Origin: Nitrosopumilus sp.
Lineage (GTDB): Archaea > Thermoproteota > Nitrososphaeria > Nitrososphaerales > Nitrosopumilaceae
Assembly: GCA_965224195.1 (NCBI GenBank)
Contig: OZ245040.1
Location: 896,001 to 960,000, forward strand
Length of the DNA stretch: 64,000 bases
Reading direction: 5' to 3'
Position numbers and translations under genes: made by a program. Below are positions 20,968 through 30,746 of the stretch, one piece after another (within the stretch, counting starts at the first letter, position 1; every line of letters begins with the position of its first letter). The notes beneath the pieces were generated by a model. It had not been told where the DNA came from and did no database searches. It worked only from the letters and a program-made list of their open reading frames with translations.

Positions 20968-22242
20968 TTGCGATTTAAAAACACTAAAACTGGGATTTTA
21001 TTTGGTTTAATTATTGCTGCAGTAATAATTGTTGCATTTGCCATATCAAACACATTACAAACCACAACTGATAGTACAGATAATACCACAACTGATACTA
21101 TAACTGGTTTATCAGGTGAGGTAAAAATTGGACTAATTACCCCGCTAACAGGGGATTTATCCACACATGGCAATGAAAACTATGAGGCATCAAAGCTTGC
21201 AGTATCTGATTTTAATGAACATCTAAAGGAGATAGGGGAGCCTTGGCATATTACCATGATATCTGAAGACTCTGCAACAAACCCTGTACTTGCCCTAGAA
21301 AAACTAGCATCCCTTAACGCAAAGGGAATAAAAGCAGTACTAGGACCTGAAACCAGCTCCAATGTGCGCAATATTATAGGATATGCAGATTATAATAATA
21401 TGCTACTGGTAAGCTGTTGCTCTACTGCTCCTGCACTTGCCATACCAAATGACAGTGTATACAGACTGGTACCAGATGACACAAACCAAGGAGCAGCACT
21501 TGCAAAACTCTTAGATAGTCAGGGTATAGATGTGGTAATACCTGTGTATAGGGGAGATACTTGGGGTGATGGCCTAAAGGATGCGACAGCACAATCTTTC
21601 TTATCTGGGGATAAAATAGTAGATGATGGTATTAGGTATAATCCAGAGTCCCCTGAATTTTCAGCCTCTACTTCCTTACTATCTAAAAAGGTACAAGAGT
21701 ACGTTGATAAATATGGTACAGACAAAGTTGCAGTTTTATATTTGGGCTTTGCTGAAGTGTTACAGTTTATGCAGTCATCATCACAGCATGATATATTAGA
21801 TGATGTGAGATGGTTTGGTCCTGGTGCTACTACAAAAGAGTACAGTTTGATAAATGATCCAATTGGTTTAGAGTTTTCAAATACAATAAAGTTTACCACA
21901 GTCCAGATGGCAGTATCTGCAAACCCAACTTACCAGCACGTGCAGGACTATCTGGTGGATTCTTTTGGCAGGGCACCTAGTACATTTGCACACTCGTCTT
22001 ATGATGCAGTGTGGGTTGTAGGGCTATCAATTTTGGAATCCCAGAGTTCTGATATATCTGATATTAAAAATATACTCCCCTCTGTTGCAGATAATTATAG
22101 TGGTGCAATAGGAAATACAAAGCTAAATGACGCAGGAGACTTGGCAAATGCCGACTATGAGGTGTGGGGCATTAGAGATGGGGCTTGGGTGTTGTTAGGT
22201 CAGTATGATTATGCTGATGGTACTATAACTTTAATAAAATAA
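20968..22242 (+). CDS. livK: Branched-chain amino acid ABC substrate-binding protein
   Basis: N-terminal anchor, KIGLITPLTGDLS and YDAVW motifs. Confidence 0.85.
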   Translation: MRFKNTKTGILFGLIIAAVIIVAFAISNTLQTTTDSTDNTTTDTITGLSGEVKIGLITPLTGDLSTHGNENYEASKLAVSDFNEHLKEIGEPWHITMISEDSATNPVLALEKLASLNAKGIKAVLGPETSSNVRNIIGYADYNNMLLVSCCSTAPALAIPNDSVYRLVPDDTNQGAALAKLLDSQGIDVVIPVYRGDTWGDGLKDATAQSFLSGDKIVDDGIRYNPESPEFSASTSLLSKKVQEYVDKYGTDKVAVLYLGFAEVLQFMQSSSQHDILDDVRWFGPGATTKEYSLINDPIGLEFSNTIKFTTVQMAVSANPTYQHVQDYLVDSFGRAPSTFAHSSYDAVWVVGLSILESQSSDISDIKNILPSVADNYSGAIGNTKLNDAGDLANADYEVWGIRDGAWVLLGQYDYADGTITLIK

Positions 22243-22294
22243 TATCATACTGTTTTATTAAAAGTATTTATTTGTAATAATTACCGATCATACT

Positions 22295-22495
22295 ATGCGG
22301 CTGCCTAGTATGATGACAATGTTTTTGGTATTGTTTTTTGGTCCAATTGCAGGTATTGTTTTTAGATATAAATACAATAAAACCAATGACAGACAGATGG
22401 CCACATTTTTGTGGTATGTATCTTGGTTGTCTTTATTGGTTGGTGTAATATGTGCGGGATTTTATTATCCAGAATATTTTGATATGCCGTATTAG
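22295..22495 (+). CDS. Small two-TM protein
   Basis: Two hydrophobic segments. Confidence 0.45.
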   Translation: MRLPSMMTMFLVLFFGPIAGIVFRYKYNKTNDRQMATFLWYVSWLSLLVGVICAGFYYPEYFDMPY

Positions 22496-22682
22496 ATGGT
22501 AATGGTTATTTTACAATGCTAGTCCAACATATGACCAGCTAGCATCCCCACAATTATCACACATTAAACTATCCAAACACTTTATGTTACATTGCTCCTC
22601 TGTAATTGTAATCTTTTTGCCACAACTGCCGCACTTAATTTTCCACATAATAGATAATAGGATCACTATAGTATTATATCAT

Positions 22683-22943
22683 ATGGTATCCCCTACAACA
22701 CTCCAGGACAAATACATATACTTTGAGATTTCCCTAAATGAAAGCTGGAAAGAGATTAAAAATGATGATACAAAGTACAAGGCCTATCATGTTATAATTA
22801 CTGCAAGCAAGACTCCAACTATAACCCTCATGGATAAAAAAGGAAAAACAGCAAAACTGTGTTTTGATATGGGTGCAACTATCCTGTTAGAGGGTCCAGA
22901 TACCATATGGTATGATATAGATAATTTGATAGAGTGCTCCTAA
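22683..22943 (+). CDS. Hypothetical protein
   Basis: ORF track 22584..22943; ATG at 22683 is the more plausible start. Confidence 0.4.
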   Translation: MVSPTTLQDKYIYFEISLNESWKEIKNDDTKYKAYHVIITASKTPTITLMDKKGKTAKLCFDMGATILLEGPDTIWYDIDNLIECS

Positions 22944-23114
22944 CTATACCCATAACTGATGAAGGCTTGTACAAAAAAATAAGCAATTCAATTTAGTATT
23001 GTACATTATAAGCGATCTAATATTATTATAATAAAATACTCATATTATATTAATGTTATATAATACTTGCGATCTGAAGATTAGATATATCAAAGTATAT
23101 CATACTATAATATT

Positions 23115-24172
23115 ATGAAACCTCATCTTTTGGCAGCAACAGTAGTCTTTTCATAATACTGCTTGTACCTGGCGGAGCATTTGCAAACCAGCTGCCAGGA
23201 GATGGCATTTTATCAATACTAAAACAATATGCAAGTGGTGTTCCACTAGATAACATACAGTGCAAAAACCCAGAACATTTTGTAGCGTTGCGTGATAATG
23301 GCAAGCCAATATGCGCCACAGAAAGAACACTTGAGCATCTGGGGCTGGACATGACCTATTACAATCCCAAACCAATTTTAAAAAATACTAAACTAATCAT
23401 TAATCCTACCAACCTTACAGGTATAATCCCACAAGACATTACTTTTGATTATGTTTTAAAAATGCCTCCTGATGATCCTGATGCATTTGCCCAAAGAATG
23501 GCTGAATTTTTTGACGATGAAATTATATCTTCAAGTCATGAAAGAAAAGAGCCAAGCCATCATGGACTGGATAAATACACTACAAAAAGAGGTTGGATTA
23601 AGATTGATAAGGAGTCTCTTTATGGTTTTCCTTTCACATATACTTTCTTTGGACCAGGCAGAATTCCACCTGCACAAGCAGAATCTGTTACAACGTCATT
23701 ACTAGATGAATTGGGAATAAAATTAGATGGAACAGAATATTTTGATAAAGGGGGCATGGCTTCAAATTATGATTATAAATATATGCAAACAATTGGAGAT
23801 TTTATAATCCCAACCAACGTGATAATTACTGATTTTGATCCAGGTTACACTTTTATCCATATTGGAAGTTGGAACTATAATTTATCAGAGATGGATTTTT
23901 TTGACATAAAACAAGCAAAACAAAACGGCAGAGAACATATTCTCAAATATCCAGAACTAACTGGACCTAACTGTGATGTTTTTTTTAGCACTATACCTAC
24001 CGGTATTGAAGATGAAAAGGTTTTGTACATTCTACATGAAAGACCCGTCTATAAGGTGTTTAGTGGCGCATGCAGTATACCATATATGACGGGACATTCT
24101 CAGATGTTTGACACGTTTGTTGATGCAATAACTGGTGAGCCTTTATACGTGCTAAGTAAGTGGATGTTCTAA
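23115..24172 (+). pseudogene. Secreted protein with a 1-nt frameshift in the signal peptide
   Basis: ATG at 23115 (MKPHLLAATVVF). Adding one T in the T-run near 23148 gives IILLVPGGAFANQLPGDG..LKQYASGVPLDNIQC, in frame with 23288..24172. Confidence 0.75.
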
Positions 24173-24183
24173 TGTCTGTTGTT

Positions 24184-25177
24184 ACTCTGTCAAACAAATC
24201 ATTTCTAACTAATGATTAATTTCATTTCCCTCAAACACTTGCAAATAAATTATACAGCTCGACTTTTAATTCCAATTCCTTTATCATGTATTTTCTTTTG
24301 TGAGCCATGACATACTCACCAAACATCCTTTTGAATGTAGAAAAGACACACTCTACAATCCATCTATTCCCATAGCTAACGCTGCGCTTCCACAAATCCA
24401 AATTATACATTTGAGCCAAAACTGATTTCTTTCGGGGATAACATTTTGTTTTGATAGATGATGTTTTTCTAACTTTAACTGCAGGCAGTGCATTTGTGTT
24501 GTGGTACAGATATGAAAAGTTGTTTTCTGAATCATATGCGCCATCAGCTAGAGCCTTGATTACATTTCCTTTGTACAATGCTTGTTGTACTAGTTCTGGC
24601 AGATGTGCAGGCATCATGGGATGAATCATCAATTATTTTCAGTGAAACTATTTTCTTTGATTTCACATCTGCACCAACATGGATTTTCAAGAATCCTTTT
24701 CTCATGTGCCATTTCTGTCGCATCCATTCACCTCTGTTTGCAACCTTGATTCCTGTACTGTCAATTGCTAAAATGATTTCATTGTTATCTCCAAGGAATT
24801 ATCAATTTTGATGTCAAGCTTGTTTATTCTCTTGTGGACTGGTGTAAAATCAGGAACTGATGGAATTCTATTACAATATGCACGAATCATTCCTTTCTGT
24901 TTGTCTGAATGGTAATCCAAAATAGATTCTGGCATAACCTGGCAATTTCATAAACGAGTCAGGATAGCCTGGACTTTCTACCTCTTTTGTTGTGATTCAT
25001 GACCTCTAGTTCTTTATGCCAGTTCTCAATAACATCAAATGACATGATGATCTTCACCTCTTCGGACTAGTTTTTCATTGTATTGACTCCAGTTAACCAT
25101 GAAAATAATCAGAATGTGAGATCCAAAGCTATTGTGGTGTAATGATATTGATCAGATTGTTATTTGTTCGACAAAGT
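24184..25177 (-). mobile_element. Degraded IS5-family element
   Basis: Inverted ends actctgtcaaacaaat / atttgttcgacaaagt; frameshifted transposase with AIDSTGIKV, LADGAYDS and YGNRWIVECVFSTFKRMFGE. Confidence 0.85.
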
Positions 25178-25420
25178 AAATCTAAATCCTTCACTATTCA
25201 TATTTTTTTCCTAAACCGTTCTGTTTGGGTTTTTTGCACTTACAAGATGCAGTCTATCTTGTTCCATCTTCTCCTCGAATTGGTTTTTAATTTTTTCATC
25301 TGCTTCTCCCCATTCAGGAAGTTCTGATTTTGAAATCAACTCTAAAGACATATGCGATGGATATGTTTTTGCCTTTAATTTATTTTTCTATTACAAGGTT
25401 TTGTTAAATTGCGTAACATA

Positions 25421-25684
25421 TCAACAGATGCATCCCGTGCTATGATCAACTCGTCTCAAAACCATACAATACATCAAAAGTGATGCAATATTAACAAATG
25501 CCAGATAATTTTCTGCTACTCTTTCATATCTGATTGTTGTTCTTTTGAATCCATTTTTGAGCCAAGCAAAGAATCTCTCCACAACATGACGAATTTTATT
25601 GTATTTTTTGTATGATTTATTTTTTGTTGCTTTATTGTTATTTTTTCTAAATGGAATGCATGGATTGATATTTCTATTTTTCAA
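25421..25684 (-). pseudogene. IS5-family transposase C-terminal fragment
   Basis: RHVVERFFAWLKN..RTTIRYER motif. Confidence 0.85.
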
Positions 25685-25689
25685 AATTC

Positions 25690-26154
25690 AAACATAATGC
25701 ACAAAGCCTTCTAAAGATGGGAAAAGATGTAGCAAAGAAGGTTCCCCGTGTCTTTGTAACAGATGGCTTATCAGTTTACAATGATGCCTTCAAAAAGGAA
25801 TATGCACCAAAAAATTTCTTACACAAGCCATCAAAACACGTTAGTGACATACATTTTAAGAACCAGCTAGCAAACAACAACATACAGGAAAGACTAAACG
25901 GTGAGTTTCGTGACCGTGAAAAGGTCTTTAGATGTCTTAAGAAAGTTGACAGTCCAGCAATTACAGGAATCAAATTACATCACAATTACATAAAACCACA
26001 CATGAGTTTAGATGAGCATACACCAGCTTTTAGAGCTGAAATTGAGATTAAGGGTGATAACAAGTGGTTGACAATCATTCAAAATGCCTCAAAAACTCCC
26101 GACACTTGACACGAAGAAAATTTTGATCTCATCTCCAGATTACTTGACAGAACC
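25690..26154 (+). mobile_element. IS6-family transposase 3' fragment with right end
   Basis: FVTDGL, NNIQERLNGEFRDR and HNYIKPH motifs; terminal gacagaacc (reverse complement GGTTCTGTC). Confidence 0.8.
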
Positions 26155-26188
26155 TAGATAAGTAAGGCATACCAGTGTTATTCAATAT

Positions 26189-27013
26189 ATGAAAAAGACA
26201 ATAATATTTGCAATAATATTTACAATAATATTTACAATAATAGCTGGGATCTCAGTTTTGGTATTGGGACCTTTTGGAACATCTCATGTAGATACCATAG
26301 AGATGACAGATGCAGAAAAGACATGGCTTGGGACAAGACAAACTATAAGGGTGGCATATGACCCTGCTTGGTATCCATTTGAGTACATGGACAAAGAGTC
26401 CGGCAAGACAGGGGGACTTTCAGGCAAGTACTTTGCAGAGATAGAGTCATCTACAGGAGCAGACCTTGTTGCAATAGAGATATCTGACTGGGCAGATGCA
26501 TTAGAGTCAGTTAAAGACGGCAGGGCAGACATATTGCTCATGGTAGCTGACACTGAGCAGAGAAGAGAGTTTTTGGGATTTACAGAACCACACAGCAGAA
26601 TATCAGTGGACATGATCACAGTTGGAACGCAGACACTTGATGTAAAAGAGCTAGCAGAGCTCAGAGTTGCCACCGTAAAGGATTATGCAGTAGAGTCATG
26701 GCTTGATCAGAACAAGCCAGAGGTAAGGTATACATCATTTGAAAATGCCGCTGCTGCACTTGAGGCCCTGGAGGCAAAGAGCATGGATGTCTTTCTTGAA
26801 AATGAGCATGTGGCATCAATTACAGCTGCAAAGGCAGGCATAAGTGGAGTGTTTAATGCAGGCCCATCAGGATACGAGTATGTTCTGTCCATAGGCTTTG
26901 CAAAAGAGTCCGGTGAGCTTGGCACCATACTGCAAAAGGCCATTGATGCAATTCCGCAAGACCAAAAAGCACAGATGCTCAAAGACGTACTGGCAGAGAA
27001 CGACGGCATCTGA
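26189..27013 (+). CDS. Family 3 extracellular solute-binding protein
   Basis: N-terminal anchor, IRVAYDPAWYPFEY and QRREFLGFTEP; resembles the periplasmic domains of BvgS-type sensors. Confidence 0.8.
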   Translation: MKKTIIFAIIFTIIFTIIAGISVLVLGPFGTSHVDTIEMTDAEKTWLGTRQTIRVAYDPAWYPFEYMDKESGKTGGLSGKYFAEIESSTGADLVAIEISDWADALESVKDGRADILLMVADTEQRREFLGFTEPHSRISVDMITVGTQTLDVKELAELRVATVKDYAVESWLDQNKPEVRYTSFENAAAALEALEAKSMDVFLENEHVASITAAKAGISGVFNAGPSGYEYVLSIGFAKESGELGTILQKAIDAIPQDQKAQMLKDVLAENDGI

Positions 27014-27060
27014 GCGCAGAGACAACTACTGCAGAGATTTGTATGAAAGGCAACTTGTTG

Positions 27061-27186
27061 CAGGTTTGATGCCACACATACAACTGATAAACTATCCATT
27101 TTCAATTTAACACCGTATCGCACAATAACTGACAAGGCAACAGGTTTGATGCCACACATACAACTGATAAACTATCCATTTTCAAT
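27061..27186. repeat. 46-bp direct duplication flanking a 34-bp insert
   Basis: caggtttgatgccacacatacaactgataaactatccattttcaat at 27061-27106 and 27141-27186. Confidence 0.95.
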
Positions 27187-27262
27187 AGGAATAAGATCTG
27201 TATTTGAGCTCCCGATAACTTGACAGTTCCCAAATATATTAAAATATATATGATATATTATT

Positions 27263-28450
27263 ATGGCAATACACATAATGACTACAAAAACAATATCTAT
27301 TGCAGCTTTTGTGGCTGTAATGGCAATATTAATGACTTCAAACATTGCATACGCTGACAATGCGCCGCAAGGCGTAGAACTGGCACGTAACGGTGATGGC
27401 ACGGCCACACTGTCATGGGCTGCACAAGATGGTATTAAAAAATACATCATAAAGAGTGCCTGTCTGGCTACCACAAATGATGATGGTAGTAAATTAAAGG
27501 GCAAAATAGCACTGGACGGTGATGTACAATCACATACCTTTGTTGTTGCAGATGACAAACTTTGCAAGGTTAGTATCCGTACATTAGATGAAAATAATGT
27601 CAGATCAGTCAATGTAAAGATAGTCATGGCAAGTAACGAGTCCACTGGAGAGATAGTACAGGATGTCAACAACAGAACACATCGTGCAACTGATGCTGCT
27701 CTTGGTCTAATTCCAACCTCTGTAACTGCTACGGCATGGGCTGATGATACAGCAACTGTAACATGGGCTGCACCTTCAAACACTGGTAGTAGAACCGTCG
27801 ATTCATACGTTGTAACGGAGATAAATGACTGCTTTAACAACTTGGCACATTCTGAACCAACATATGAAGAAAGTGTTGATGGCAATACCTTGAGCATTGA
27901 GACTGGTCCAGCATCACCAAACGCTGATGACTGTTCATTTAAGGTTCGCGCAGTCTTTACTGACGGCGACAAATCTGTCTGGTCTGCAAACGCAGACACT
28001 GATGTCTCATACCATACTGCATATGGCGGCGGCAAGCTAGGAAAAGTCACAAACTTTTCTGCCACAGCAGTAAAGGATAGTAACGGTGCAGACTTTACAG
28101 TAGAGTGGAGTCCACCTGCAAACGTTAGTGACGTTCCAGTAGACAGATACCATGTCAATTTATGTGTAGAGTCTAGCAAGTCAAAATACAGTCAGATCCT
28201 CTCAGGAGGTGATGCCTCGTACACTGCTACAATAAGTGACGTGTCCAAAGACGAATTCCACCAAACCAAGTTCTATTCTTCTGGCACGGATTTCACGAAT
28301 GCGGAAAAAACCAAACGTGGTGAGGTAATTCTCGACGCCAACGATCCTTTTGTGTGTACTGTTGCAGTAACTGCAGTAGGTGAAGGCAACTATAGGCAAA
28401 CTGCCGTAGTGTATGAGAATGTCGTCTGGAATAGTATACCAGCGTCTTAA
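27263..28450 (+). CDS. Secreted fibronectin type III repeat protein
   Basis: Signal peptide and three FN3-like units (ATLSWAA, ATVTWAAPSNTG..VDSYVV, FTVEWSPP..VDRYHV). Confidence 0.8.
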   Translation: MAIHIMTTKTISIAAFVAVMAILMTSNIAYADNAPQGVELARNGDGTATLSWAAQDGIKKYIIKSACLATTNDDGSKLKGKIALDGDVQSHTFVVADDKLCKVSIRTLDENNVRSVNVKIVMASNESTGEIVQDVNNRTHRATDAALGLIPTSVTATAWADDTATVTWAAPSNTGSRTVDSYVVTEINDCFNNLAHSEPTYEESVDGNTLSIETGPASPNADDCSFKVRAVFTDGDKSVWSANADTDVSYHTAYGGGKLGKVTNFSATAVKDSNGADFTVEWSPPANVSDVPVDRYHVNLCVESSKSKYSQILSGGDASYTATISDVSKDEFHQTKFYSSGTDFTNAEKTKRGEVILDANDPFVCTVAVTAVGEGNYRQTAVVYENVVWNSIPAS

Positions 28451-28531
28451 CATTGCAAAGCTGACAGCAAACAACACCCCCACCTTTTTTTATTTTAAAA
28501 TGTTAAAATACAACTATACTAAATTATTATT

Positions 28532-28675
28532 ATGGCATCAAAGCGCATAACCATAATGATTGATGAGAAAAATTACTCCAAAATACACAAAATTCAGGCC
28601 AAGAGAATTCTAAATGAGAATCGCGCTGTCAGCTTTTCTCGAGTTATTAATGATCAATTAGAAAAAAGTTTCTAA
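28532..28675 (+). CDS. Small ribbon-helix-helix-like regulator
   Basis: MASKRITIMIDE...VSFSRVINDQL, 47 aa. Confidence 0.65.
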   Translation: MASKRITIMIDEKNYSKIHKIQAKRILNENRAVSFSRVINDQLEKSF

Positions 28676-29172
28676 AAATCTAGTTTCTGTGTATGGTATA
28701 ATCCATACACTTTTTGTAAAATACCTAAGGTCGTCCTAGCTTTATGTTTGGAGGCATTGGACAGCTTTTGGTTTTTACACCAGGTGCTCATTTGCCTTAT
28801 AGATGGTATCGCCTTTTTTGATGGATATCTTACAGTGCTTGCCAGGTACTATCAAACTTTGACTGCATTGTATTTGGTATGATTACAGTATTATTTTATG
28901 ATTATTAAATACTGTCTTTGTATCTATATTATTAACTAGGAGTTATCATTGGATCTTTATAGATTGGAGATAACAATTAGAGATGCAACTAGTAAGGATA
29001 TACCCATTCTCTTGGAGTTACTATACTTTAAAATGATGACCAAGAATTATGAAGCATAGTAGATGATCGCATATATGATCAAAGTCAATAATTATCTGAA
29101 AATAAGCAATAATTCCAAAGTATGACATGATAAGTAGGATTTATGTTAATTGTATTGTAGGAAGTTTGTGAG

Positions 29173-29262
29173 ATGACCGAAAAAGAAGTTGAAGAATTAC
29201 AGGAAATTGTAGAAAAAGCAATAGATGATAATCTAGAGTTCTTTGATGAACTTGCAGATTAA
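29173..29262 (+). CDS. Short acidic putative antitoxin for Doc
   Basis: 29 aa MTEKEVEELQEIVEKAIDDNLEFFDELAD, directly upstream of the Doc gene. Confidence 0.55.
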   Translation: MTEKEVEELQEIVEKAIDDNLEFFDELAD

Positions 29263-29680
29263 TTCTATTCTTTTACTTATGGAGTTACAAGGTGTTTTAG
29301 GAATACATGAAATAATTAAGCAAAAATCTCCAAGACCAGTTACAGTTGGACCAATAGATGAAGGGATAATTATAGGAGTACTTGACAAAGCAATCACGAC
29401 TCTTTATGGTCATGAAAAATACATTACACCATATCAAAAAGCAGCTTGTATTTTAGAAGGTATTTGTAGACTACATCCATTCACAGATGGAAACAAAAGA
29501 ACAGCATTTTATTCAGCTTATGCATATCTACAAAGTCAAGGGTATTATTTAGATATGAAGTTAGTAGAATCTAGTTTTCTTGTGTATGTTGCATCAGTTA
29601 AAGAACTAACTACAGAAGACGAAATTGATATGTTGATAAATGAAATTGCGGATTGGTTAGAACATCGAATTAAAAAATAG
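29243..29680 (+). CDS. doc: Death-on-curing (Fic/Doc) toxin
   Basis: HPFTDGNKRTA motif. Confidence 0.9.
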   Translation: MMNLQINSILLLMELQGVLGIHEIIKQKSPRPVTVGPIDEGIIIGVLDKAITTLYGHEKYITPYQKAACILEGICRLHPFTDGNKRTAFYSAYAYLQSQGYYLDMKLVESSFLVYVASVKELTTEDEIDMLINEIADWLEHRIKK

Positions 29681-29923
29681 TAAATATCAATAATACATAT
29701 GAATTATTTCAAATCAAGTGTTGTGATCCCGTTCTTTCAGAAATTGAAAATTTTAAAAGAATAAAAGGTAATCCAACTCTTAAAAAAAAACAGTCCTAAA
29801 GTTTGATTTGCAGCAGACACGTTGCAAGTTTTTTGAATTTATAAAGATGTAAAAAAAACGAAAACCCCTGCCGCAGGCTTTATCACGGCATGTGTGTTTT
29901 TCAGCCTCTGTAATTTACTGCCC

Positions 29924-30247
29924 TCAAGACTGGCATCTTTTCAGAAACCTTGCAGAGATATTTTTTATTTCTGATATCTCTATCCTTTCAGAGTCTGGGT
30001 GATTCTCTGCAATGTACTTATCCAGTGCGTCTTTTGCTGATTCTAAAAAATAACACAACGTCAAATCCCGACAAGTTCCATAGTTATCCATGTAGGCCAG
30101 AGATTGATATTTAGAATACTGCATGTTCATAACAGATGCAACAGCACAGGCAAAATCCTCTCCCTTGATGAGACAAATATCCCAGCAGATACAGTCTCGT
30201 AGATATGTGCCGTATAATTCTAAAACTCTACATCGTATATAGAACAC
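29924..30247 (-). CDS. Hypothetical protein of a locally multicopy family, possibly partial
   Basis: Paralogous fragments at 4217-4290 and 9443-9575. Confidence 0.45.
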   Translation of the reverse strand: MFYIRCRVLELYGTYLRDCICWDICLIKGEDFACAVASVMNMQYSKYQSLAYMDNYGTCRDLTLCYFLESAKDALDKYIAENHPDSERIEISEIKNISARFLKRCQS

Positions 30248-30611
30248 ATTACAAGGTCATTTATTTTCTCATTGTGAATGTCATATTTGATTCTGCATTT
30301 CTTGCCAAAGTACTCAAGGTTCAATCTGTTATTTTTATTTATTGCCGTTTATGAATTTGTTGGGGGATCTTGTTGCATACAATAAGGATTCACTCTTTTT
30401 GGTGAATATTTGCGTGAATTTGTAAAAATTTTCTGAAAAATGCAATTTTCATTCATATACTAAAATTATATAAACATTGGTTATACTTACTATATTGTTG
30501 TATTGTATATGATATGACAATTTATCCATTGATCTAAAAAAGGTTAATAAAAAATTGCCGTTTTTCATAATGTTAATAACAATTAACTAGCACCAAATAT
30601 TGTAAATCACT

Positions 30612-30704
30612 ATGCCAATGAGAAAAAAAAATAAACACATGAGACATGCTGATCAAAGGGCTGATACTCGCAAAAAAAAGAAAGCCGGCAAACCACGTTC
30701 TTGA
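30612..30704 (+). CDS. Small basic peptide
   Basis: 30 aa MPMRKKNKHMRHADQRADTRKKKKAGKPRS. Confidence 0.5.
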   Translation: MPMRKKNKHMRHADQRADTRKKKKAGKPRS

Positions 30705-30746
30705 TCTAATCAACCTTTTTACATTCAAAACTGACGAGGGGTAATA

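Noticed and set aside
27172-28179. 335-aa minus-strand ORF
   Set aside because: Antisense shadow of the FN3 gene; the same applies to 19456..20124 and 58692..59399.
28963-29025. Short similarity to the start of the GNAT at 12980
   Set aside because: Only a ~20-codon remnant, too small to annotate.
4217-30145. 42-bp repeats as attL/attR of a 26-kb integrated element
   Set aside because: No integrase or tRNA is visible and excision restores no gene; treated as paralogue fragments.
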